DNA of 64,000 nucleotides from Pristiophorus japonicus. Lineage: Eukaryota. A program made the translations under genes and the position numbers. Where the stretch lies: NCBI RefSeq assembly GCF_044704955.1, contig NC_091993.1, positions 17,856,001-17,920,000 on the forward strand, given 5' to 3'. This document shows positions 1-12,519 of the stretch, piece by piece. The notes beneath the pieces are model-generated. The model worked only from the letters and a program-made list of their open reading frames with translations. It was not told where the DNA came from and searched no databases. How positions within the stretch are numbered: the first letter of the stretch is position 1; every line of letters begins with the position of its first letter.

Positions 1-11
1 CCTCCTTTTAC

Positions 12-570
12 CATCATCATCAATAGGCAGTCCCTCGAAATCGAGGAAAACTTGCTTCCCCTCTCCCTAAAGTGAGTTATTTGATGGCTGAACAGTCCAA
101 CACGAGAGCCACAAACCCTGGCACAGGGTCTCACCTCTTTTACATTGGATATACGGCACACAAACAGGCCATTTGGTCCGACCAGGCCATGCTGGCGGTT
201 ATGCTCCACTCGAGCCGCTTCCCGTCTTTCCTCATCCAAATCTATCAGCATACCCTTCTATTCCCTTATATGCTTGTCTAGCCTCTCCTTAAATGCATCT
301 ATACTATTATTACTATACAGAGCAGGTCTCCAGTCATCTTGGTTAATCCTTGCTACTAGACCAAGACCGAGCTCGGTCAAGCCCGTGGTGGTGGCTGGTG
401 TGCAACTGTCACCACATGTTAAAAAAAAATCAAGCACAGGCATCTTCCACCCTTCAAGATTTAGTTCGGACCTGGAATTTTAAGTCCATCATTGAAACAC
501 CTGTGAACTTTTTGACGTGGAAATAAGTCATCCTCGATTCGAGGGACTGTCTATGATGATGATGATGACT
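12..570. mobile_element. Two oppositely oriented 3' ends of a retroposon with an (ATG)n tail, with a CR1 tail piece between them
   Basis: CATCAT..AGGCAGTCCCTCGAA at 12-40 (-) and TTCGAGGGACTGTCTATGATGATG at 538-568 (+); related copies at 45786 and 53165. Confidence 0.65.
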
Positions 571-859
571 ATACGATTTTCTAGCCTGTTGTGCCTTTCC
601 AACTTTTCCTTTTAATTTTTACCAGTAAATAAGTTTGGGTAATTAACCCAACATACAGATATGCCACACACACCTGATTGTGCCCAAACATTGTATATAT
701 GCAACATAATTACATGTTACATAGCATGTACATGACAGTTCCATTTCAAAGAAAGTGTTTTTTAATTGTAAGGAATGGAGAAACACTGCTGTAATTTTAG
801 TCAACACCTTCAGGGTGAGAGTTCAAGAGATGCTAATGAACACGACCACAGACTTACAC

Positions 860-1370
860 AAAAGCAAAATATTGTGGATGCTGCAATCTGGAATAAAAAC
901 AGAAAATGCTGGAAATCTCAGCGGGTCAGGCAGCATCTGTGGAAAGAAAGCAGAGTTAATGTTTTGGGTCGATGACCCTTCATCAGAACTGGAGAGTGTT
1001 TGGAAAGAACGGATTCTTAACAAGCACTGAAAGGGGGCGGGGAAGAAAGAACAAAAGGGAAGGTCTGTGATAGGTTGGAAAACAGGAGAGATGAGAGAAA
1101 CAAAAGGAATGACGGCCCAAATTCAAATGGTAATGCCAGGAGTTAGAAAAACATTAGTCAAGATAGGTGTGAATGGCGGGATAATGACCAGCTGCCATTC
1201 GAGACCAGGATAAAAAAAGAAACAGGCTCGGGAGGAAAGGAGCCAAAGATTGGCAGCTCTGAAACTGTTGTACTCGATGTTGAGTCCAGAAGACTTAAAG
1301 TGCCTAAATGAAAGATGAGGGGCTGTTCCTTGAGCTTACGTTGACTTTCTGTGGGCTTTTGCACTGGAAG
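860..1370 (-). mobile_element. Penelope-like element terminal fragment with a degenerate hammerhead motif
   Basis: Minus strand at 990-955 reads AGTT-CTGATGA-A-GGGTC-ATC-GACCC-AAAAC-ATT-AACT. The flanking sequence is of the type I recall from fish/shark Penelope ends. Confidence 0.6.
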
Positions 1371-1914
1371 TTGCAGTAATTAGAAAGCCATTTCAGCCTG
1401 GTTTGCTCCACGGAGGATCTGGGACATGTGTGAATAGGAGGGGTCCAAGGATAGATTCTTGGGGGACACCAGAGGTAACGATGCGGGGGCGGGAAAAGAA
1501 GCTGTTGCAGGTGATTCTCTGGCTACGGTTAGATAGCTAGGAATGGAACCCAGCTGGACGACGGTGGATAGATGTTGGAGAGATTGGTGGAGGTGGATAG
1601 ATTGGTCAACCGTGTCAAAGGCTGCAGACAAGTCAAAAAGGACGAGGGAGGATAGTTTTCCTTTGTCACAGTCACAATGGATCTCCAAGTTCCCTTTGAA
1701 GTCACACACCATCTGACTTTGACATATATTACCGTTCCTTCATCGTCACTGGGTCAAAATTCTAGAATTCCCTACAGAATCACACATGGGCTACAGCAGT
1801 TAAAGAAGATGGATCGCCACCAGCTTTTCAAGGACCAACTATGGATGGACAATAAATGCTGGCCTTGCTAGCAAATTAAATTGTAACTTTAAGTAGACAA
1901 TAATTATTAATAGA

Positions 1915-2450
1915 AAGAAAGACATACATTTATATAGCACTTTTCACAACCTGGGGATGTCCCATTGTACTTTGCAGGCAATTAAATATTTTTTGAAGTA
2001 TCGTCACTGTTGCAATGTAAGAAATACAGCAGCCAATTTGTGCACAGCAAGCTCCCACAAACAACAGTGTGATAATGACCAGACAACCTTTTATTAGTGA
2101 TGTTGGTTGAGGGATAAATATCGGCTAGGACGTCATGGAGAACTCCCCTGCTCTTCTTCGAAATAGTGCCATGGGATCTTTTACGTCCACCTGAGAAGGC
2201 AGATGGGCAACGTTCCCTCTAAGCTGTGTGACCGCGTAACTCTCTGCCAGTCCCACGCATCCCGGGACCAGCTTTTTCAATGTTAAATTTTGCGCATGCG
2301 CGAAACTGATGACTGGGCCACGCACCCAAAATAATTGAAGAACATTGCAGACGGGGCCTCAGTTTAACGACTCATGTGAAAGTCAGCGCCTCCTACAGTG
2401 CAGCACTCTCTTAGTACTGCAATGAAGTGTCAGCCTGGATTATGTCCTCA
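1915..2450 (-). mobile_element. DeuSINE copy interrupted by the hAT MITE
   Basis: Reverse complement matches the 47470 copy. Confidence 0.8.
2208..2347. mobile_element. 140-bp hAT-type MITE inserted into a SINE
   Basis: CAACGTTCC...GAACATTG ends; 8-bp TSD CAGATGGG/CAGACGGG. Uninterrupted SINE copies (e.g. ~24451) carry one copy of the octamer. Confidence 0.85.
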
Positions 2451-2603
2451 ATGGAAAATAATTTAATCTAGTTGGTAAATTATAAACATGCAGTTAAAAA
2501 CCATATTCAGGATAATTAAGATTTTTAAATTACTCCAATATGATCTAATATTTATATTCACATTTTGAAGTTCATTCCTATTTTCATGGCTCATTGATTT
2601 GGT

Positions 2604-3218
2604 GGCCCATAATTTGTGGCCCCTACGGGCGCGTTTCAGGTGCACACTTGTGTTCTTCTTGACAGATCATCCACATCCGCGGGAAAAGGAGATTCACGAT
2701 TGGAGCCTGGTAAAAGCAGGCGTATGGTGTGCTTTTGCCAGTGTAAGAGTTTTAAAAAACATTAAAAATAAAATATTATGTATTATTTATATATTAAGAA
2801 CCCTGTGCAATAAGGTAAGTTTATTTTTAGCCCAGTTAAAACATGAAAATATATTTTTCAAAAAATAAAATTTTTGTTTTAAATATTTAATTAAATGCCA
2901 TTTCAATTAATTTTAAATATGTAATTTTTAAAAATTTGTTTGATGTGTTCATGTACTTATAGGGTTTCCGTTCATTCGGAAGCCCCATAAGCATCAATGG
3001 GGATTCCCTTCTTTGATTGGTTGGACCAGCCCATGTGATCCCAGGGGTACTTGCGAACCGCCTGCACCTCTGAGATACGTGGGCCTCTACCCATGGGTAC
3101 CCGGAGCGGCCCAGTACCGCGCATCCCCGTACCTCCTGGACCACCAGGTACACGGGAATCTTATTGGCAGATCGGAGGCATTTACCCACGGGAAGCATCT
3201 GAGCGCAAATTCAGGGCC
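2604..3218. mobile_element. GGCC-TIR MITE
   Basis: GGCCCATAATTTGTG ... CGCAAATTCAGGGCC; flanks GGT/AGT. Confidence 0.65.
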
Positions 3219-4399
3219 AGTGTATTTTTTCCCCCAAAAAGCTGAAATGGTTTCCTGTGCAATTTTGAAATCTTTCCTACCATCCATTCTTTGTTAGTTG
3301 CATCCTCATCCAAGCGGAGTTGTTGTGGATAATGACAGGACTGTAAAAAAAAGGACACGAATGAAGTAAGGGATCCTCTGGGTACGAGGCAAAGTTTCTT
3401 CTTGCTAGCAGTCTCCAATCTTTTTCTTTTTAACATTTGTTCACCCTCCTCCCCTGCTACTCTTACTAACTCCTCTTCCCCCACCCCCTCACCAACCCAT
3501 AGGCTCAAATTCTGCCACTTTTATCACCACCACGGCTGAGATCAGCAACTCAGCTTAGAGATGTGATCATACCTGGGATCTTCCTGTATCCTAACTCGCA
3601 CTAAGTCCCATTCACTCATCGTCCCTGAGTTCACTGACCTACAATGGTTCAACAGCTATTGATTTGGTTAGCCGCTTGCACATCTCCATCTCCGACGGTT
3701 AGCAGAACCTTCACTGCCTCCCATCCCTGTCATTCCTCCCCCACAAGTCCTACGATGAAAACTTGAGCAATGCGCCATTGAGCAGTGATCCATTGGCAGA
3801 TCTGGCTGGAGCACGTCAAACTCTTATCAAGCCTTACTCCCCTCTGCTAAAACTGACCACTGCTCTAGAATCACACTGGAGTGCAAAGATAACCCCACTC
3901 TCCTTTTCTACGATCAACTGCCTCGTTAAACCCCTTTTCCCTACTCCCTTTGCCCTCACCTCTGACAAAAATTGTGAGAAACTTATGGATTTCTTCATCT
4001 TTTCAGCTGCCTCTGCTGCTTCCCCTTGGTCACTAAGTTAAATCTCTTCCAATCCCTCTCCTACTCTAGCCCTAAACCTCCCACTGTCTCATTTCGCCAG
4101 CATCTCTCTCAGTGCCCTCTGCAAGGTAATAAACTAGAAGATTATGCTGATGGGGTTAGAGGAAGAGGAGTGGGAGGAAGCTCATGTGGAGCATAAATAC
4201 CGACATGGACCATTTGGGCCAGTGGCCTGCTTCTGTGCTGTACATTCTATGTATTGCATCCATGGCATCGACATCTCACTCCCTTAACCCCCATTTCCAC
4301 TAAAATCCTTACTACTGAATTTCCCTAACTGACCCCCATACCAGCTAATGTTGTAAATGGCTCACACTCCCTTGCCTTGTTCCTGATCTCCACTCCTAT

Positions 4400-4835
4400 C
4401 TCCGTGATTCCAGAAATGCGAGGGTATACATATCAGGAAAGGATGAACAGGCTGGGTCTCTTTTCACTTGAAAAAAGGCTGCGGGGTGAACTAATAGAGG
4501 TCTTTAAAATTATGAAAGGTTTTGATAGAGTGGATACAGAGAGAATGTTTCCACTTGTGAGAAAGAGCATTAGTAGAGGCAGTTATGATAAGATACTCAC
4601 CAAGAAATCCAATAGGGAATTCAGAAGAAACTTCGTTATCCAGAGAGTAGTGTGAACTACCACAGAAAATGGTTGAAGCAAATAGAATAGATGCATTTAA
4701 GTGGAGGTTGGACAAACATTGGCAAAAGGAATAGAGGGTTATGCTGATAAGATTTAGGGAAGAAAGACAGGATGAGGCTCAAGTGGAGTATAAACGCTGG
4801 CATGGACTGGTTGGGCCAAATGGCCTGTTTCTGTT
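4400..4835 (+). mobile_element. CR1 3' fragment
   Basis: IPEMRGYTYQERMNRLGLFSLEKRLRGELIEVFKI homologous to the ORF2 C-terminus. Confidence 0.85.
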
Positions 4836-5059
4836 CCTATGTAAACTTCAGTTTATTGAATACTCTACTGCCTGTATCCTAACACGTATTAAGTCCCGCT
4901 TGCCCATCACTGCCATCGTCACAGAGATACAATGGATACAATTCCCCCAACCAGTGCCTTAATTGAATCATTCATCGTGTGTTTAAATCCCTCCATGTCC
5001 TTGTCCCTCTATATCTCTGCAACCCCCTCCAATCCCACAATTCCCATTGAGCTCTCCGT

Positions 5060-5285
5060 TCCAGTGCAATACTGAGCGAGTGCTGCACCGTCAGAGATGC
5101 TGTCTTTCAGATGAGACATTAAACCAAGGCTCTGGCTGCCCTCTCAGGCGGACGTAAAAGATCCCATGGCACTAGTATGAAGAGCAGGGGAGTACTTCCG
5201 GTGTCCTGGCCAATATTTATCCCTCAACCAACATCACTAAAACAGGTCATTATCCCATTGTTATTTGTGGATCTTTGTTGTGCGG
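5060..5285 (+). mobile_element. Partial DeuSINE
   Basis: Deu core matching the 47470 copy. Confidence 0.75.
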
Positions 5286-6099
5286 TAGTGGTGAGGTAGA
5301 GTTGGGTCTTGTCAACATACATGTGGCATCTGATGTTGTGTTTTCAGATGATGTTATGCAGGGGCAGCATGTAGATGAGAAATAGAAGGGGGTCAAGTAT
5401 AGATCTACGGGGGACTGCAGAGGTAACCTTATAGGTGTGGGAAGAGAACCGGGTAGCTGATACTGTATTTCAAAGTTAAACAGAGGTCCCTAGGATTTTG
5501 GCCTTGTTTCGTTCCGGCTCAATAGGTTGGCACTAGGCAATGATACCGCGACAGCTACAATTTCCCAGGAGAGCTGTTATGATCTGGAATGCAATGCCTG
5601 AAAAGGGCGGTGGATGCAGATTCAATTGTAACTTTCAAAAGGGATCGGGACAAATACTCGAAGGGGAAGAAGTTTCAGGGCTATGGGGAAAGGGCAGGGG
5701 AACTGGATAGCTCATTCAAAGAGCCGGCAGAGGCACGATGGCCGAAGTGGCCTCCTCCTGTGCTGTATGTGTTTATGAAAAGGACATGTCCAGTGACAAT
5801 ATTGATTTCTAACCTCAACCCCAAGTAATGGCAATGAGCCATTGCGACGATGGAGGCCAGCCAACCGTTGACATAAAAAGCAGATGGGGCTGTGACAATG
5901 CAATAAAAAAAAAAGCGTGGCAGTAAGTTCAGAGAACAATTTGGGTGATTTGAATCGATGGGGAGCACAAGACTCAATGGGGAGCACCTCAGGCACACGG
6001 TAAAGTTTGGAACGAAACTTGTTGCTTGGCTCCTCGGCACCGAAAGACGCGCTTAAACTCGCAAAACAACCTCCGAATGGGTTTGTTTGGACTTGTACC

Positions 6100-6691
6100 T
6101 AGTTCGACGGATGCCTGCCAACAAGACGCCGAGCGGGGTGTGAGTGGGGGGGTTGCCAATGTGCCTGGCTATCAGGGCCACCGACTGTGCCTCCAGCATG
6201 GCGACAGCGCGGGAGCCACGGCTCGCCCAACGGTCGGCGGGCGTTAGCCGGAAGTGCTGACTCCTCCCCCCCCCCCCGCCCCGCGCGGCGCGGCCGATTG
6301 CTTCCGGTGTCGTAACCGTGCGTCAGCGCTGCTGCTACCGAGGCGGGTAGCGGCGTTAGCCGGAGGTGGGGGGGAAGTTTGCGCCTATCGCTGGCTTTTA
6401 TTATTTTGTTGTTTTTTTCCCCCCCCCCAATCGTCGGACTGGCCATCCCTTGATCTTTTCAGTCGGAATCCAACTTTGCTTGGGAGTATCGGGGCCGCTG
6501 AGGGGAGGAGGAGGAGGAGGAGGAGGAGGAGGGCCTGCGTTTGTGTGGGGAAAGGTAGCCTGGGCCTCTGGTTCGGAGGGGGAGACTGAGAGAGAGAGAG
6601 AGAGACACACACACACACACCGGCGCTGTGTGTTGCTGGAAGACCCGCGCCGGCCCTCGGGTGGCGGGGGAAAGGCTTGCCAGGCGGAGCA
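6100..6691 (+). promoter_or_regulatory. CpG-island promoter and 5'UTR of CLPX
   Basis: GC/CpG-rich. ETS/GABP-type cores CCGGAAGT (6248-6255) and CTTCCGG (6301-6307). (GGA)n at ~6505-6531 and (GA)n(CA)n at ~6588-6620 precede the ATG at 6692. Confidence 0.75.
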
Positions 6692-6770
6692 ATGTCCTGC
6701 ATCGTGGTGATGTGTACCTGCTCGTCGGCGGCACGGCTCCTCCGCTCGTCCATAACCACCTCGGGCCTGG
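6692..6770 (+). CDS. CLPX: CLPX coding exon 1 (mitochondrial targeting peptide)
   Basis: Translates MSCIVVMCTCSSAARLLRSSITTSGL(G), resembling the vertebrate CLPX N-terminus. 79 nt, donor G|gtaag, phase 1. Confidence 0.88.
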
Positions 6771-6934
6771 GTAAGAGCTGTACACTTGAGCCGAAAGGGG
6801 TGGGGGGAATAAACCAGCTTCAGTTCGTTCAGTCAGAAGGAACGCAGCTAATGTAATCCATTTACTTTTTGCAGGGAGGATCGCCCGCTGCAACATCCTC
6901 GGTGTTTCGATGGGATTATCCTATTAGTTTGGGT

Positions 6935-7365
6935 GTCAGTGACAGCACTCTCTCGCCTCTGAGGCCCTCTCCCCCACCCCCCAAAAAAAAAGTTGTGGAT
7001 TCGAGCCCCACTCCCGAGACTTGAGCACATTCATCTCGGCCCACACTCCAGTGCAGAGCTGAGGGAGTGCTGCACTGTCGGAGATGCCGTCTTTCGGATG
7101 AGACTTTAAACCGAGGCCCCATCTGTTTTCTCAGGTGGGCAAGGGAGAGTTCCTCCCTTGTCCTGGCCAACATTTAAGCCTCAGCCAACACCTAAAACTG
7201 ATGATCTGGCCATTAATTGCATTGCTGATTGTGGGAGCTTGCTGTGCGTAAGTTGGCTGCCATGATGCAGTGACGACACTTCAAAAGGTACTTCATTGGC
7301 TGTAAAGTGCTTTGGGATGTCCTGAGGTCATGAAAGTACCCTATATAAATGAAAGTCTTTTTTTT
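6935..7365 (+). mobile_element. DeuSINE in CLPX intron 1
   Basis: Decayed B box, Deu core with a deletion, and tail. Confidence 0.8.
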
Positions 7366-7675
7366 GACTCTTGGGAGTGGGCTCATTTGTACTGTTTTAC
7401 CGATAGCTGCTGATTTGGGGAAGGAAAGTGTTTGGTAAACTTTATTTTTAGATAAACAATGCAATTGCACAATGCATTATTGTGTCACTTATACATGATG
7501 CAGTGGTAATCAGGTATGTGTTATGGTGCTAAAGTTTGCTCAAGATTTCCAAATGCTTTTTTTTTGGCATTTCTGAAGGCATTTCCTGCTTCTGTGTTGT
7601 TAGCCTGCTTGACCGACATCCAGTCTTGGATGAATCAGTTACCTCCTTTTAAACATTGGGATGACCGAAGCAATT

Positions 7676-8384
7676 GGCCCGGAATTTGTGGTTGGGATGA
7701 CTGCGAACTGGCAGCGTTTGTCACCATTCCGCCTTTGAAACTGACTAATTTCACTTCGGGATTTGGCAGGTGCGGAAATCCTGACGTTGCGGCCTGACAT
7801 TGACTGCTTCAACACAAGCTGCGTTTTGCACCCACCCCCACAGAGTCGGCAATCTGTGTAATCAGCCAACTCGGGGGAACTTTGGCTCTGCCACAGTAAT
7901 TATGCTGCTAACTTCCCCACTAAAAGTTAGACCCAAAGGGATTAGTGTAACTGGAGTTTTAACAGCGTATTGACTGCTAAACAAAGGTGACGGGCCTGAA
8001 AAACTAATTTAAATTTTGTGCAGTGTAAAATTTGTCCATTTGAATCAAAATTAACATTTTTAAGAAACTTTTAAAGTTTGTTGATCTTTATTTCCGGTTT
8101 TCCTTTTCCCCATGTGAGAGCCCCAATCTTTGTTTTGCTCTCTTGAACATTTTTAAAGTTAGAATTTTGAGCTTACCCATTTCCTTGTTCGCTGTCTGTG
8201 AGAATTCTGCGGTTTGATTGGCTGCTTAGATAGCTTCTTGACATCACAACAGTTCGCACATGGGAATCCCCATGATACTTCGTTGATTTGAATTGAATGT
8301 CGGAAAACCAGTGCTTTGTGTGAACCGTACTTCAGGTCTAGTGGCGAACATCTTCACCTCGCCCCTGACTGCAAATTCTGGGCC
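7676..8384. mobile_element. GGCC-TIR MITE inserted in an L2-like fragment
   Basis: GGCCCGGAATTTGTGG ... CTGCAAATTCTGGGCC; 3-bp TSD ATT. Confidence 0.8.
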
Positions 8385-9119
8385 ATTGCCTTTTTCCCCA
8401 GCCAGAAACACCATACCCTCGCCAATTGATTACATCCCCCAGTAACCCGGGTTAAAGCGACTGTTTGCAACCTCGACATCTTATTAACAAAACCTAGAAC
8501 CTGTGGAATGTCGCGAGCTTAGGCATCCTATGCTAGATACCAGCATACCAACCAAGTCTCCACGTGATAGTCTTCGGAGCTGAGCAGATAAATATAAAAT
8601 AGATCGAACACTTGTTTCATTTTTAATATTTAGAGTAACAAAATCAAAAGTCTGACGAGTTAAGTCTAAAAGTAGAAATAGATAGACGATATATGCCAGT
8701 CTTTCTCAACAATTATTGACTTGATCGTCTCAACACTGAAAGTGGAACACTATTCACCTGCATGCAGTCCAGTTCTTTATTTCTCTTCATTTGTCTCGAT
8801 GCAACTTGTCTTGCAAATTGGGAGGGTGGTTTTAGACCAAAGATAACTAACACTTTTGATAATACCTACCTGTTCATTTAAAGGTAAGAAATGTGTGGGT
8901 AACATTCATGCCAAACTAGAGCTGGGTCCCTTTAGGACAGGTATCCGGATTTGTTCTTCATGTAGCGGGACAACGACATGGGATAAACTTCCAGGTAGAA
9001 TAGCAAAAACCCTGGAATCATTTAAGAAACAATTGGGTGCTGCAATGAGAGAGGGATTAGGGTCTCTCTGGATGGCTGAATGGCCTTCCTCACCCACAAT
9101 TACCAATGGATATTGTGAT

Positions 9120-9770
9120 TGCAAGTAAATAAGTGCCAGGTAACGACCATCTTGAATAAGGGAAAGTTCTACTACCATTCCTTGACTTTGACCATCAATG
9201 AGTTCCCTGCTATCAACATCCTGGGGCCACCGTTGACCAGAAAATGAGCTGGAATATCCATATCAGCACCGTGGCTACAAGAGCAGGACAGAGGCTGAGT
9301 ACTCTGTGACAAGTTACTCACCTCTTGACCCCAAGCTGCTCCACCATCTACAAGGCTCAAATCAGGGGAGTATTCAAGTCAGGAATACTCACCACATACC
9401 AGGGAGCCGCCGCAAATTCACTCAAGAAGCTTAATATCATCCAGGACAGAGCAGTTTGCTTGATTGTGCCGCTGTCACTGGACTCGATATTCACCACCGG
9501 CACGCTGGCTGAAGTATATACATGTACAATCTACAGGAAGCACTGCAACAATTCATCAAGGTTACTTCTCTGTGACCTCTACCCCCAAGAAGAGCAAGAG
9601 CGGCAATGTTATGGGAACACCATGACCTCCAGGTTCCTCTCCAAGCCATACACCATTCTGACTTGGACACTGGGTCAATATCCAGAAATTTGCTATCTCT
9701 ATTGTGTGGGTGCCATCACTGCCAGGATTGCAGTGGTTCTAGGAGAAGGCCCACCACCAGCTTCTCGGGG
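9120..9770 (+). mobile_element. Non-LTR retrotransposon 3' fragment (second family)
   Basis: STIYKAQIR...LKKLNIIQDRAVCLI; homologous to 10775-11665. Confidence 0.7.
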
Positions 9771-10774
9771 CAAGAAATTAAGAACTTGCATTTATATAGC
9801 ACCTTTCATGACCTCAGGACATCCCAAAGCACTTTAAAACCAATTAAGTACTTTTGAAGTGTAATCGCTGTTGTAATTATAGAGGAATGCGGGAACCACT
9901 TTGCGCACAGATAGCTCCCACCTTTTCTAGATTCGCAAGAGATTGGCCAATGCCAGGGGAAAAAAATCAAGCCAAATCTCCCTACCAAATGGGCAGATTA
10001 GAGATGGGCAGGAATATTGTTATACATGCATGTTGAACATGACTTATTGGAAATTATTTCGGAGGCTGTAATCAGGCAGAGATGCCTGCTGGATACAATA
10101 AGAACAGAGCTGAACTGGTTCATAAAATCTGAATTTCAAGACGAGGTTTTAACTTTGAACTGACTAGTATATATTTAAGTTGGGACTGATTCTGATACCG
10201 TTGCCAGTAGAGTTTTCGCATCTCATTACTGAGGTTTGGAAAACTTTTCACCTCTGAAGTGACTGATGCTACATAGTGGTAAATTATTAGGGACACTTTT
10301 GAGATCACAAGCAGGCAGCCAAGGACATAGCTGCTCATACATGAATAGGGAGAGTAGAGCTCTGCACATGTGTACTTCTGTTAGGATAGCTGTTTTCTTT
10401 GGAACTAGTTCTCAAACTTTGTATCAGCTTTGCACCAAGTGCCATTAAGTTGCAGCCAATGCACAATACTCAGTATAAGACTATGTATTCATGGTAAACT
10501 TATTAATAAACTGCCTGTTTTTCAGAAATCAGCATTAGCCTATAAGTTTGATATCAGTGGAATGCAGAAGATCAAGCTGCACTGACACCAAATGTGGAAT
10601 ACAATTTGCGCAGTAATTACTGCAGTGTCATTTGAAGTGTTGGCTGCCCTTTTTTTATTTACTCAAGTCGGATAATGCCTAATGTATTGTGAAAAAGGAG
10701 AAGTGGGAATAAGAAATAATATTTACACCATTGAAATATGAAGTTTTACTTTGTTTTTAAAAAAATTTGTTCCG

Positions 10775-11665
10775 AGATGTGGGTGTCGCAGACAAGGCCA
10801 GCATTTATTGCCCATCCCTAATTGCCCTTGGGAAGGTGGTGGTGAGCCGCTGCAGTCTGTGTGATGAAGATACTCCCACAGTGCTGTTAGGGAGGGAGTT
10901 CCAGGATTTTGACCCAGTGACGATGAAGGAATAGTGATATATTTCCAAGTCAGGATGGTGTGTAACTTGGAGGGGAACTTACAGCTGATGGTGCTTCCAT
11001 GCGTCTGCTGCCCTTGTCCTTCTAGGTGGTAAAGGTCGCGGGTTTTGGAGGTGCTGCTGAAGAAGCTGTGGCGAGTTGCTGCAGTGCATCTTGTAGATGG
11101 TACATACTGCAACCACGGTGCGCCGGTGGTGGAGGGAGTGAATGTTGAAGGTGGTAGACGGGGTGTCAATCAAGCGGGCTGCTTTGTCCTGGATGGTGTA
11201 AAGCTTCTTGAGTGTTGTTGGAGCTGCACTCATCCATGCAAGTGGAGAGTATTCCATCACACTCTTGACTTGTGCCTTGTAGATGGTGGAAAGGCTTTGG
11301 GGAGTCAGGAAGTGAGACACACGGCGCAGAATACCCAGCCTCTGATCTGCTCTTTTTGCCCAGTATTTATGTGTCTGGTCCAGTTAACTTTCTGGAACAG
11401 TCAACATCCCAGAATGTTGATGATGGGGATTCGACGATGGTAATGCCATTGCATATCAAGGGGAGGTGGTTAGACTGTCGCTTGTTGGAGATGGTCATTG
11501 CCTGGCACTTGTTCAAATGTTATTTGCCACTTATCAGCCCAAGCCTGACTGTCGTCCAGGTCTCACTGCATGTGAGCATGGACTGCTTCATTTTCTGAGG
11601 AACTGCAAATGGAACTGAAGACTGCAATCATCATCACTTCTGACCTTATGCTGGAGGGAAGGTCA
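10775..11665 (-). mobile_element. Non-LTR retrotransposon 3' fragment
   Basis: LSTIYKAQVKSVMEYSPLAWMSAAPTTLKKLYTIQDKAARLI, a typical post-RT region. Confidence 0.8.
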
Positions 11666-11713
11666 TTGATGAAGCAAAGTTATTGTGATAGTGAATTTGC
11701 ATTTCTATTTCAG

Positions 11714-11874
11714 GGTTTGCATCTACGCGATTCCATTTTCCATTCTTGGGAAACTCGATGAGTTTTGAAACACATGGAGGAAGAAAAGTTCCTATCAGAG
11801 CATTTTGTGAGACGATCACTGTACTTGCTTCAAAAGATGGAGGTACTAAAGATACTTCTGGAGATAGCAGCAAG
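11714..11874 (+). CDS. CLPX: CLPX exon 2
   Basis: tttcag acceptor; GFASTRFHFPFLGNSMSFETH...ASKDGGTKDTSGDSSK; AAG|gtaaac donor; 161 nt. Confidence 0.92.
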
Positions 11875-12179
11875 GTAAACTTCCGAGTTATTGATGAAAC
11901 ATGCCTTTATTATGAAATTCTAATTTCGATTCTATAGATATATAACTGATGTGTCTCGATAAAGCAGAACTTGCTCATGGATTTTACGTCCAGGCTTTTC
12001 CTGCTGTTTAATTACTACCATTTAAAATGATACTTATTTTGTACACTCAAATTTATAAGTTATGAAACTTGTGCGACAGTCACTGCTATAAACTTGGCTC
12101 AAACTCTCCAAATGGAGTGATCAATGCTTAAACTAGAATTTGTATTCACTGAGATTGACGTACTCAAATTTGTTTTCAG

Positions 12180-12300
12180 AAGTCTGTTAGTGAAGGGGGC
12201 AGCAAGCGATCGTCAGGATCAGGTGGTTCTGGGAAAGGTGGAAACCAGCTGCGCTGCCCAAAGTGTGGTGACCCATGCACCCATGTGGAGACCTTTGTTT
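12180..12300 (+). CDS. CLPX: CLPX exon 3 (first half of C4 zinc finger, CPKC)
   Basis: ttttcag acceptor; [40 protein letters not shown]; gtaagt donor; 121 nt. Confidence 0.95.
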
Positions 12301-12519
12301 GTAAGTAATATTTAGACCTAACTTTGTCTTTAGATACCAATCAGCTTAAATGCAGGATATTAATAAGGTGTATCAGTGCAAGGCATATTGGTGTTCATTC
12401 TATTTGGAAACACCGCATTACCTCTTCCTTCTACTTGTAAGGTTTTCATTCCAGTAATATGAAGTTCCCTCACTCCCCCACCCATTGTTCCCTCAATCCC
12501 ATTTCTACAAAACTATTGA

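Noticed and set aside
12-570. Single TIR transposon
   Set aside because: The same end occurs alone at 45786 and 53165 and carries a microsatellite tail, so two inverted retroposon ends fit better.
5554-5572. ZNF143-like motif GCTACAATTTCCCAG
   Set aside because: Imperfect spacing, next to a CR1 fragment, and outside the CpG island.
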